Source: a virus
IMG/VR virus record: IMGVR_UViG_3300001202_000057
Location: 1-64,000 of that record
Direction: 5' to 3' (one strand)
Length of the DNA stretch: 64,000 bases
Each line of letters begins with the position of its first letter. Positions within the stretch are counted from its first letter, which is position 1. Made by a program: the position numbers and the translations under genes. Positions 17,111 to 27,100 of the stretch are shown in pieces. The notes beneath the pieces are model-generated. The model was not told the origin of the DNA. It worked only from the letters and a program-made list of their open reading frames with translations, and searched no databases.

Positions 17111-17683
17111 ATGCTAATAACTCCTGAAATATTAAAAGAGATTCACAGTTATATTTCTTTAGTTCTAAATAGAACAGAAGATATTAATAATATTAAATCT
17201 CTTAGAATAACTGAAAGACAGCCTCTTACAGAGAGGTTGTATTTTCAACTACCATCAGACCCTACTCTTAGAGTTTGTTTACATGTATTTCACCCTGCTG
17301 ATGCAGATGATTGTTTTCCACATCCACATGCTTGGGAAGCAGAAGTAATATTACTTAATGGTTTTTATAAACATTGGATAAAAAGTAATGTACCTTTTGA
17401 TTTTAATGCTAAAGTACTTTTTGGTAAGGGTCTTGCTAGTACTATATTAGCTCCTGGATCAACATATCATATGGATACTCCATTTATGTGGCATAAAGTA
17501 CAACCATTAACTGTATGTCATACACTAATGGTTAATAAGCCTACATGGAGACCAAAAAGTCAACATTGTAAATTTACAAAGGGTGAAGAGGTAGTAGAAA
17601 TGTCTGTTTCTAAAAAACTAATTAGATTAAGACAATTTAAAATATTTTTAGAAAATTTTGAAACAATTCCAACTTTAATTTAA
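17111..17683 (+). CDS. Hypothetical protein, possibly cupin-like metal-binding fold
   Basis: FPHPHAWEAEVILLNG loosely fits cupin motif 1 (HxH...E......G), and a later PGSTYHMD could be motif 2. This is weak. Confidence 0.35.
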   Translation: MLITPEILKEIHSYISLVLNRTEDINNIKSLRITERQPLTERLYFQLPSDPTLRVCLHVFHPADADDCFPHPHAWEAEVILLNGFYKHWIKSNVPFDFNAKVLFGKGLASTILAPGSTYHMDTPFMWHKVQPLTVCHTLMVNKPTWRPKSQHCKFTKGEEVVEMSVSKKLIRLRQFKIFLENFETIPTLI

Positions 17684-17696
17684 AACAATTAATATA

Positions 17697-18224
17697 ATGA
17701 AATTTATAGATTATAAAGAAATAATAAAAAAGACAGCTAAATTTCCCACTTCACTAAACAGTAGATCTTACTGCTTAATGGGGTTATTTGGTGAATTTGT
17801 AGAATTTTTAGAAAAAAGAATTGATCCTTCATCTTCTAGAAAAGATCTTAAAAAAGAATTAGGTGATGTTTTTTGGTATCTTACAGCATTGTGTTCAGTG
17901 TTGGGTAGTGATGTTATGGAAATTATTCCTACTGCAGAACTCTCTAAAAGCAGTTTCACAGCTTCTAAGAATAGATTTATTATAAATTATGGTAAATTAT
18001 CAGAAGTAATTAAAAAGGTTTATAGAGACAACAATAGTATTAATAAGGAGATAAATGATGTCTTTCTTAGAAGTATGATGTTATCTCTATATAATCTAAG
18101 CACTTTATCTGGATTTACTGTAGAAGAAGTCTTAGAGACTAATTATAATAAATTAATTAAAAGACGTGAAACTAATACTTTATTAGGTAGTGGTGATAAC
18201 CGTGAAGAAATAATTGTAGTATGA
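17697..18224 (+). CDS. mazG: MazG-family nucleoside triphosphate pyrophosphohydrolase
   Basis: GLFGEFVEFLEK, KELGDVFWYLTALC and NYNKLIKRRETNTLLGSGDNR give the E..E...E..D core plus the C-terminal N..KL..R...G.GD.R. Confidence 0.8.
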   Translation: MKFIDYKEIIKKTAKFPTSLNSRSYCLMGLFGEFVEFLEKRIDPSSSRKDLKKELGDVFWYLTALCSVLGSDVMEIIPTAELSKSSFTASKNRFIINYGKLSEVIKKVYRDNNSINKEINDVFLRSMMLSLYNLSTLSGFTVEEVLETNYNKLIKRRETNTLLGSGDNREEIIVV

Positions 18225-18877
18225 TAAAAGTATTTGTACCCGGTCTTAGAAGTGGTAGTACTAGTTTCTCTAGTTGGATAGATGATGGAATACCAGTAGC
18301 AACTTTGGAAGAAGCAGATTTAATGGTTTTACGTGGAGGACAAGATATTAATCCTGTTATCTATGGAGATCATAGTTTACATCCTCAAACTCAAGAACCT
18401 AATAGAACTAGAGATTTTAGTGAATTAGTATATTGTATTAGAGCTGAAAGAATGGGTATTCCAATAATTGGAATATGTCGAGGAGCACAAATGTTAAGTG
18501 GTTTTTCTGGTAATAGATTAGTACAACATGTAAATAATCATACTGGAGAAGGACATGATATGTATACCATAGATGGTAAAAAATTTGTTATTAATTCACT
18601 ACACCATCAAATGCAATGGCCTATTAGAAAAGATGCTGAAGTATTAGCATGGGCTGATAGATCTACTGTTAGAGAAGATGAAAATGGAGAGCAAGTATTA
18701 GATAGAGATATAGAAGTAGTTTACTATGGAAATATTAATTCTTTAGGAATACAAGCCCATCCAGAATTTGAGACTAATGGACCAGTCTTAACATGGTATA
18801 ATGATATAATCAGAGAATATTTATTCTCTAAAAAAAATAAATTTGAAAAAGAAATTGAAAATAGCATTAGATGTTGA
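18221..18877 (+). CDS. Class-I glutamine amidotransferase / peptidase C26 (intron-less paralog of 29..1038)
   Basis: LRGGQDINP, GICRGAQML, NSLHHQM and GIQAHPEFE give an intact Cys-His-Glu triad. Confidence 0.8.
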   Translation: MIKVFVPGLRSGSTSFSSWIDDGIPVATLEEADLMVLRGGQDINPVIYGDHSLHPQTQEPNRTRDFSELVYCIRAERMGIPIIGICRGAQMLSGFSGNRLVQHVNNHTGEGHDMYTIDGKKFVINSLHHQMQWPIRKDAEVLAWADRSTVREDENGEQVLDRDIEVVYYGNINSLGIQAHPEFETNGPVLTWYNDIIREYLFSKKNKFEKEIENSIRC

Positions 18878-19406
18878 TGGAGTTTTAGCAAACTTTTGGG
18901 CTCCATTTAGTGCAATGGCTGATATACCATTACCAACAGACAGTTGGAGTAGTAATCATAAGAATTTTGGACCAACCTTTGAAAAAATTAAAAATGACAA
19001 AGAGTTTTGGGGCAACCTCCCAATTATTACTAATCCTAACAATATAGATTTTGAAATTACAGCGTATGTAACATCTCTCCCTCCTGAGATGAAATCTACT
19101 AGAGAAGCTTGGTTAAAAGCAAATGGATTCCCTGATGCTCCAGTTATTGTAGCAGATGATAAACTGCCTGTGCTAAAAGAATTAGGTATTGATGTATTTG
19201 TAGATGATAAACCTTCTACTTGTGATTATTTACAAGAAAATGGTATTATGACTATGCAGTATATACCTTACTATGTAAATGTAAAGACTTATTGCCCAAG
19301 TACTAAAGCTAATGTGATATTCCACATTTCTGAAGTTACTGAGACACTAGCTCTTTGGAGTTTTGCAGAAAAACAAAAAATGGCAAATGCGTCAGCACTA
19401 AACTAG
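18843..19406 (+). CDS. HAD-family 5'(3')-deoxyribonucleotidase-like protein
   Basis: N-terminal IALDVDGVLANF (DxDxV/T motif I), later VTS and FVDDKP. The TTG start (18843 or 18855) overlaps the upstream gene. Confidence 0.6.
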   Translation: MKKKLKIALDVDGVLANFWAPFSAMADIPLPTDSWSSNHKNFGPTFEKIKNDKEFWGNLPIITNPNNIDFEITAYVTSLPPEMKSTREAWLKANGFPDAPVIVADDKLPVLKELGIDVFVDDKPSTCDYLQENGIMTMQYIPYYVNVKTYCPSTKANVIFHISEVTETLALWSFAEKQKMANASALN

Positions 19407-19434
19407 AAACCATAATTGAATTTATATTAAAAAA

Positions 19435-19460
19435 GCCAGACTACAATTAAGTAGTCTGGC
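19435..19460. terminator. Bidirectional hairpin terminator at the convergence of the + and - gene arms
   Basis: gccagactac (19435..19444) pairs perfectly with gtagtctggc (19451..19460) across the loop aattaa. It is flanked by aaaaa upstream and tatatttt downstream. Confidence 0.75.
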
Positions 19461-19502
19461 TATATTTTAGGCTTAGTAGTTTTTTTTATCTCTGCCTATT
19501 TA

Positions 19503-22500
19503 TTATCTGTAAAATCTTTCTGCTAATTTTCTAGCCTCTTCTGATGCATATAAATGCCCATTAAATCCTAATGCTTTAAGTATTTTAGCATTGATTTTTA
19601 GATCTCCCTTATTAAATACTCCAGAGTCACGCTTGTATCTTTCACCCATATTAGGAAATTGTTTGAATATTTCTACAACCTTATTAAAACCTGATTCAGT
19701 TAAAGTTACAGTATTAGTAGTTCTACTAATAGCATTAAAATCTGGTAATCCAGCACTATTAATATCACCAACCATACCATAAGTCTTTAATTCTGAAAGT
19801 AATCTTAAACTAAAATACACTGCTAAGTTATATCCCGTATTCTTTTTGAGTTCTTCATCATTTTCACCCGCCTTAAGTAGAGCAAAACTAAGAACCCCTA
19901 CAGTAATAACAGCAGTTAATTCAAATATAGCTCGTTTAATATTAGCTTTTTCTCTCTTAGTCAAATTAACAGATTCTTTATTGAAAGGATTTAGTAATTT
20001 ACCTAATTCATTTCTCTGAAATAACAACATATCAACAAATTCTCTGTAACTACCTTTAGTTAGATCTCCAATTTCTTCATCAAAAGAAGTAGATTTAAAC
20101 CTTTTTTGAACACCAGGAACTAAGAATTTTCTATACATAGCTATTAATCCACCTAACCAATGTCTTTCTATATCTGTTTTATCTAATTGATTATATACAC
20201 CATGAAGTCTTTTATTAACTCCATGAAGCTTACTCATAAGCTTATAATCAACTTCTATAGCATCTACTCCATGTTTTTCATAGACCTCTAACATAGACAT
20301 CTGTTTACCTTGAAAAGTGATTTTTTTTTGTTGTAACATAGCTATCATAGCAGTTGCAGCAGCTTGATGTTCACCCTTTTCTTGAGCTTTAAACCAAGCA
20401 CCATCTAATAATTTTTTAGTTGTACTATTAGTCATTTTATTAATTGCACTGGAGTTATATTCTCTCATAGGATCATATAGTTCTATTAGTTTGGCAATAG
20501 TGCTTTGTGGTCTATCATGTCTATATCTATCATTAACAAAAGCTAACTGGGCTTCATATTTTCCATACAGGTAGAGAGCATTAGCCCATTCTGATTTATC
20601 AAAATACTCTCCTGCTATAGCTTCCATAGCTACCATAACATTAGCTTGTAGGGCATTAGCAATGTTAGTCAATTTAAGAGGGCCCATTTGAATGGTAGAC
20701 ACATATCTCATAAGACCAGCAGCAGCTTTATTAGCATCTACAGGTCCAAGATCTTGTTTAATTTTAGTTCTACCAATAATTTTATCATCAAAATAATCTA
20801 AAAAAGCTTTTTCAACATTATTTTCTCCATTTTTAACTCTTTCATATCTATCATCACCCTCAAACTCATGTGCATTATGCTTAAGTATTCTTTTACCAAC
20901 AGCATTAAGTTTAAATGGATTATCTGATTTTTTAATAGTAGTTATTAAAGATTCACCAAAACTTAATAAAGAATTTCTAGCTTCATATTCATTAGCTGCA
21001 TGATTATACAATAATACTGACTGCATTAAATCTAATGAGCTATCTTTAACATCCATGTGAAAATCATATTTCATATGAACAGAATTTTTAGCTGGATGTC
21101 CATACAAATCTATATCTTCCTCTTGACTGAGTAACTGATTTTTTAAACTGTATACAACATTATCTTTTAATTGTTCTAAAGAGTTATTTTCTAACAATTT
21201 TTCATCAGTACCTTTTGGTACTGAAGGAGTGTAAAATTTATCTTGTTCATTAGATTTCTCTGGTAATAATGATTGTGCTTTAAAGTATTGTCTAATCATT
21301 AAAGAATATACTTTCTGTTTAGGAGTAGTTGATTTATAACTAGTTTTAGGACTGCCATATAGATCTCTGAACTTAGGATCAAAAAATTTAGTCATATTAG
21401 GTATAGATAGCTCTCCAATTAGATCACCTTCAGCAGTTACATTCTTATCTCTCCAAGCTTTAAAATCTCCACGAGTTAACTGTTTTTCTTTTCTGGCTAC
21501 TATTGTATCAACACCTTCTAAAAGAATTTGACCATCTAGTATAATAGATTTTTGAGGTCTAGCTTGTCTATTAGCTTTATACCAACCTTTCATATGTCTA
21601 TTATAACCAGCACTATTAAATTCATGAAGTTTTAAAGCATCTTGTTTAGCTTTATATAAAGCTTTATTATATGCAGAATAACTTATAGGAGATATAAAAG
21701 ATCTACGTTCAGTTTCTTTACCATCTTTATCAAAAAAAGAATTAGTAGTATAAAAAGGTTCATTAATTTTAGCATAATTAGATCTATTACCACCTAATGT
21801 TTTTAAATAAGCATTATAAGTCTTACTAGCTTCATTCATAAATGGTGTAGATTTAACTCTGGCTTTCTCCATCCTTTCTTTTAGCAATTTAGCAAAACCT
21901 GCTATAAATTTATTTCTATTTTGAGATAAAGAAGTTACTTTATGTTCTAAAAAGCTTATATTATTATATAAACCATCTTTAAGTTGTTGATAAACTAATT
22001 CTTCCATAGAATCAGGCAGTATTAATTCACCATTAATTATTTTACCACCATTAGTTTCTATTTGTCTTTTTAAATCTTTTATTTTTAAATCTAAAACTTT
22101 TTTTCTACCTAAGCCCACTAATCCATTTCCTAAAGTTGCTATTTTAGCTTCTAATCTTTCTTTTTTTCTGAGTAGTTTTCTGGTATCAGCATTTTCTTTA
22201 GTTAATCTAGTTTCATCTAAAGTACTAGCAATAACTTTAGCCTGGAGCCTAGTAATAGTCTCTAAATGATTCTTTTCCATTAAGGCTACATGTTCTACTA
22301 TTTCTTTCATTTGAGCTAGTGGTGAACCTTTATCTGGCTCTAATCCAGTATCTCTCTCATTATACAAAGCTATTAAATCCCTAATCACAGGATTATTTTC
22401 TGGTAACATATCATATACCATATCATATATACCCTGTAACTTTTTTATTTCTTTTTCAACGTCAATATTTTCACTATTGTTTATTCTTTGAATAGAAGAA

Positions 22501-24116
22501 TTTAACATAGCTTTATAACCAGGAAAAGAAGTTCCATTACCAAATATCTGAGTGTGCATACCTTTTACAAAATTACCTACACCCATAGATTTCTCTACAA
22601 TATCCAAAGATTCTTTTAAATTAGATATAATACTAGTTTCAGTAATTTTACCTCTAGCTTCTAATTTAGCAATTTTTAATAATAAATGTTCTTTTAACTT
22701 ACTAGCTATTTTAGTAAATTCACTGTCAAACTTTTCATTAGATTTAGTTTTAGAAATATTTTCATCAATTTTATAAGCTTCAAATACTTCTTCATTAAGA
22801 TTTATTGTAAATTGATGTTCAGGCGATATAGATTCTATTGTGTTACCAGCAGTCTCTGTAAGATGTAGTGGTAAAATAGAAATAGGATTATTACCTAATC
22901 TATATCCTTTAGAATGAGCCATAGCTAAATACATACTTTGTTGAGCAGAGTGTTTCTCTTTAGTGCTAGCATGTTTATTACCTTCAGTATCTGTGAATCT
23001 TCTATTGTACTCTTTACTATGTTTTTTACCATCCATTGTAGGATTTATACTAGATTTTAAATCTACTATTTCAATAGCACCATTAGGTTTAATAGCTACA
23101 ACATCTAATGCACCACCAACACCTTTCTGCTTATTAAACATATTGACCTGGGTAAGAATAATATCATTAGGATTAGCTTTAACAAAGGTTTTAAATCTTT
23201 TATAAGTAGTATCAAATGCATCTTCTGAAATAGTTACCGGAAATTCATTTATAGCTTTTATAATATCAGATTTAGATTTCTTTTGTATAATACCACTTAA
23301 CATTTCATCTAATAGGTTACCCCACTCTCTATTATTTTCATATTTACTAGAATCTCCAGTGAATTTAAAATAGTCTTTTTCACCACTAGGACCTAACATT
23401 TGAGAAATAACATTAGAAGTTCTTTCTAATCTTAAACTACCATCTAGTATATAATGACTAAGATCATCAGATAATTCCATTCTATTAGAATCATTTAATA
23501 AATCTTCTACAGTTTCTCTTTGATTAACTGGAGAACTTTCAAGTATTTGACTAAAATATTGATTTACTCTGGGATCTTTATCTATTAATTGATTAAATAC
23601 ATTACCTTGCCTATTTGGATCAAATAAAGCACTATATACCATATCTATACTAGGTTCTGGTAGTGTTTGCTCTACTATTTCATTATTTTGTCTATCATCA
23701 AATAAGGATTTTTTAGCATTTTCTAAAGAGCCATTTAAAGCTCTAAAATTAGGATTCTCATCTTTATAGTGCATAAGACCAGAAGTACCAGTAACAGGTA
23801 TATATTCTATATTATTATCTCTAATAAAAACAGCTTCTATTTCTGAATCAGACATACCAGATTCTTGTAAGTCTCTGTAATGTCTTTTTAAACTATCAGA
23901 GAGTTGTGATGGAGAAAATTTAGAATCAAAATATTTAATATCTTTAGCCATAAGAAGAGATTTAGCCCATACTCTTAGGGCTAAGTCTTTATCTCCATGT
24001 ATTTCTTTCAAATTTAATATGTCTTGATATAATTGTGATGGATCACCATTAGTATCTAATACTTTAGTGATAATTCCATTATCATCTCTAAATATTCTTT
24101 GTCCACAATTTTTCAT
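19503..24116 (-). CDS. 1537-aa virion/ejected-type protein with an embedded RecB-like PD-(D/E)XK nuclease domain and a C-terminal hydrophobic segment
   Basis: GGALDVVAIKPNGAIEIVDLKSS (D338 ... D352-L-K354, nt 23049..23105) followed by HSAQQSMYLAMA (QxxxY). The rest is long coiled-coil-like sequence, with a hydrophobic stretch LTAVITVGVLSFALL near the C-terminus. The start is separated by 1 nt from the stop of the 4496-aa gene. Confidence 0.55.
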   Translation of the reverse strand: MKNCGQRIFRDDNGIITKVLDTNGDPSQLYQDILNLKEIHGDKDLALRVWAKSLLMAKDIKYFDSKFSPSQLSDSLKRHYRDLQESGMSDSEIEAVFIRDNNIEYIPVTGTSGLMHYKDENPNFRALNGSLENAKKSLFDDRQNNEIVEQTLPEPSIDMVYSALFDPNRQGNVFNQLIDKDPRVNQYFSQILESSPVNQRETVEDLLNDSNRMELSDDLSHYILDGSLRLERTSNVISQMLGPSGEKDYFKFTGDSSKYENNREWGNLLDEMLSGIIQKKSKSDIIKAINEFPVTISEDAFDTTYKRFKTFVKANPNDIILTQVNMFNKQKGVGGALDVVAIKPNGAIEIVDLKSSINPTMDGKKHSKEYNRRFTDTEGNKHASTKEKHSAQQSMYLAMAHSKGYRLGNNPISILPLHLTETAGNTIESISPEHQFTINLNEEVFEAYKIDENISKTKSNEKFDSEFTKIASKLKEHLLLKIAKLEARGKITETSIISNLKESLDIVEKSMGVGNFVKGMHTQIFGNGTSFPGYKAMLNSSIQRINNSENIDVEKEIKKLQGIYDMVYDMLPENNPVIRDLIALYNERDTGLEPDKGSPLAQMKEIVEHVALMEKNHLETITRLQAKVIASTLDETRLTKENADTRKLLRKKERLEAKIATLGNGLVGLGRKKVLDLKIKDLKRQIETNGGKIINGELILPDSMEELVYQQLKDGLYNNISFLEHKVTSLSQNRNKFIAGFAKLLKERMEKARVKSTPFMNEASKTYNAYLKTLGGNRSNYAKINEPFYTTNSFFDKDGKETERRSFISPISYSAYNKALYKAKQDALKLHEFNSAGYNRHMKGWYKANRQARPQKSIILDGQILLEGVDTIVARKEKQLTRGDFKAWRDKNVTAEGDLIGELSIPNMTKFFDPKFRDLYGSPKTSYKSTTPKQKVYSLMIRQYFKAQSLLPEKSNEQDKFYTPSVPKGTDEKLLENNSLEQLKDNVVYSLKNQLLSQEEDIDLYGHPAKNSVHMKYDFHMDVKDSSLDLMQSVLLYNHAANEYEARNSLLSFGESLITTIKKSDNPFKLNAVGKRILKHNAHEFEGDDRYERVKNGENNVEKAFLDYFDDKIIGRTKIKQDLGPVDANKAAAGLMRYVSTIQMGPLKLTNIANALQANVMVAMEAIAGEYFDKSEWANALYLYGKYEAQLAFVNDRYRHDRPQSTIAKLIELYDPMREYNSSAINKMTNSTTKKLLDGAWFKAQEKGEHQAAATAMIAMLQQKKITFQGKQMSMLEVYEKHGVDAIEVDYKLMSKLHGVNKRLHGVYNQLDKTDIERHWLGGLIAMYRKFLVPGVQKRFKSTSFDEEIGDLTKGSYREFVDMLLFQRNELGKLLNPFNKESVNLTKREKANIKRAIFELTAVITVGVLSFALLKAGENDEELKKNTGYNLAVYFSLRLLSELKTYGMVGDINSAGLPDFNAISRTTNTVTLTESGFNKVVEIFKQFPNMGERYKRDSGVFNKGDLKINAKILKALGFNGHLYASEEARKLAERFYR

Positions 24117-24117
24117 A

Positions 24118-27100
24118 TTATTCGCATTTACTTAGTTGTTCAATTAAATCATCTACTTTTTGCTGAGTAACTAACTCAGCTTTATTTCTATTAATCATAA
24201 TGTCTTCATTAACTAATAATTCAGCCAACTCTATAATAGTAGTATTAGCAGGTATAGTATCAGAATCCAAGTTTTTAATTCCTAATATTTCTTTTATGAA
24301 CTTTAAAAACTTGTTCAATATATTAGTCAATTTCTTAGGTTGAGATATTTGTGCTGCATGTTCTCCTAGCTTAGTTACAATAGCTTCTTCTATTAGTTCA
24401 TTAGTTTTATAGCCATTTTCTTTAAGTCTCTCTACTAGAGCCTTATCTTTCATGACTTCTCTCTCTAATTGTCTGTAGAGGGGCTTATTAGTTTTTTTTA
24501 TGGCTGCTATAAATGGGTGAGCAAATTCATGATACAAAGTATCTAATCTCATTTTGTTTGGGTTGAGGTATACAATATTAGTACTTTCATCATAAGCTCC
24601 TAAACCTCTTATCTCAGTAGAGAAGGCATATTCAATCCCAAATTTAGTACGTAGTTTTTCAAGAATAGTTCTAGCGTGCTTAATAGTGACTTTCTGCAAG
24701 TGAGAATCTAATTGATCTTTCATTCCAAAACTAGCAGCAGTAACACCTTTCTTACCACTTAAAGAAGATTTAAACTTTTTCTTTTTATCTTTCTTCTTTT
24801 TAGGCTCTTCTGAAATATCATCAGATAATTCACTAGCACCTAGTATAGCTGCATTTTCTTCAGTTGATACTTCTTCAACAGAAGCAGGTTCTGTAGAAAC
24901 ACCTGGAATATACCCAGGAGTTAACATAGCTTGATTGGTGGATAAAGGAATAGAACTAGCATCAAAATCTTTATTACCAATAGGAGCTACAGGAATATAT
25001 TCAAAAGAGTGACCTACAGAAGTATTACCAGTTATAGGTAACTCATTTCCTCTATAATCTTTAACTTTATGTAATTTAAACAATACAGTTTTAACACTAG
25101 CCCCTTTAGTGTACCTAAAAAATCCTTCTGCATCTTGAGTTATTTGTACTCCCATTCTAATTATTCTAGGAGCTATAATAACTGCATCTTCTGAAGCTTT
25201 GCCAGGTCTAATAAAAGGAAGTACTTTTTCAAATACTTGATTACCTTCACCATTAGTAAGATTCTTAATATTAGTAGCTAAAGTAGCTTCATGATCATTT
25301 TTAACTCCTTCTCCGACGTTTACAATAAGAGATTGCTTACTATCTTGCCAACTAACTAATCTTCTAGCTTTTTCAACTTTAAAATCTCTAACTCTTCTCC
25401 CCCTTACAAAGGTATACATATTCTGGGGATTTCTAGTAAATAATTCAAAGAATTCTTCAGGAATATTTTCTCCAAGTAAATCCTTATGACTTTCATCATT
25501 TAAAAAGTTTTCATGAACTTCTCCTAAAGATCTGGTAACTTTAGTTAATAATTGAGGAGCTATTTGTTTAACTAATCCATTATTAGAATATTTTAAACTA
25601 TCTTTAACCATTATATACTCAAACAAGTCAATAGCAAAATTCTTGTGATCAGAATTATTACTCTGAGCTAAAGCTAAAAAGTCATTTGTCAATTGTTCTA
25701 TAAAAGTTTCAGAATACTTATTTCTAGTATCACCTTCTATAACAGTAATACTCTTAGGAGTACCATCATAATAAGGAGATTTAGGAGTAAGTTCATAAGA
25801 GTTAAATTTTAAAAATTGTAGTAATAAATTTTCAGGTAATTCTTCTCTAAGAGCATTAACCTGACTCTTCATATAATTCTCATCAAACATTAACTGTTCA
25901 ACCCTTACTTGTGATACATCAATATTATTTTTCTTAATAAATGCCTTATTTTGTAAATAAGCCATCATACTAGAAACTACTTTATTTTTATTATCACTAA
26001 ACTCTATACTAGAAGTTTTTAATCCACTGGCTATCTCTCTAAATATTTTTTTAAATTTATCAGTTCTAGAAATAAAGAATTTTTTAGCTTGATTATCTAA
26101 TTCAAATAAGTTTTCTATTTGAGATTTTAAATAAGAATTAGCTAATAATATTTCTCCAAAATTTGTTATAGGAACAGGAATAATATTATCTGCAAAATAT
26201 AATTCTTTAGTTTCAGAATCGTATTTAATATTTAATTTATCAATAGCATTAAATATTCTATCTACATCAGACCAAGTACCTGATAAACCCTTAGCTAAAT
26301 CAGTTACAATAGCTACATTTTTAAAGTTGTCATTAATATCTGCTAAAGCCCTAAATTGTAATAATAAATAGTGTTGTAATTTATTAGCGTCATCAGTGCT
26401 AGCACCATTTTTAAGAGATTCAATTAAATCTTTTTCAGTTAATTTATAATCTTCTTCACTAGTAGGATATTCACCAATCATTTCATCAATAATGTCCTTC
26501 ATTTTAGTTTTAAGCTCTCTTTTTTCTTCTCTCTTAAGTACAGAAGATTTAGCTTTATCTATTTTATTAGACAATCTAACAATAGCAGGTTGCTTAAGAA
26601 TCATCATAGTCTTATTAAAAGACAGACCTGAAGAAATCATTATTAATGCTGGACCAATCATTTCCTTAGTTAAGTTAAACTCAGATGCAAATTGTTCTTT
26701 AGCATTATCCGTCATGGCAGCAAGTACAGAAGATATTAGACCATTAATTCTAGCTTTATCTTCATTTAAAAATTTACCATTCTCAATAGTAGTAGGTCCA
26801 ATAACTCTTTGGCCAAATAAATTTCCTACTGAATTACTTATAATAGATAAATGACCAGAAAAATTAGCTAACAACTGAAATGTAATATTCATTTTAGCTG
26901 CAGGACCAATATTAGCTCCACCAATATCAATAGCTTCAGCAGCATTTTGTTTGTTATTTTGATTGTGTACAGAACCAGATAATTTAACTTTTTTAGCTAT
27001 ACCCCTATCTTTTAGGAATTGTCTTAATGTTAAAAATGGATCAAAATTTGCTCCAGAAGCAGCTTGTACTTTATTACCAGAATTTTGAACAAAACGATTT

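Noticed and set aside
24770-24815. Long A/T homopolymer-rich tracts as programmed frameshift or phase-variation sites (poly-Lys coding runs at ~24770..24815 and ~32700..32760, A9 at 6892..6900, T9 at 20331..20339)
   Set aside because: The reading frames continue uninterrupted through them. No alternative-frame ORF of meaningful length begins downstream. They code for Lys/Phe runs consistent with the local protein context.
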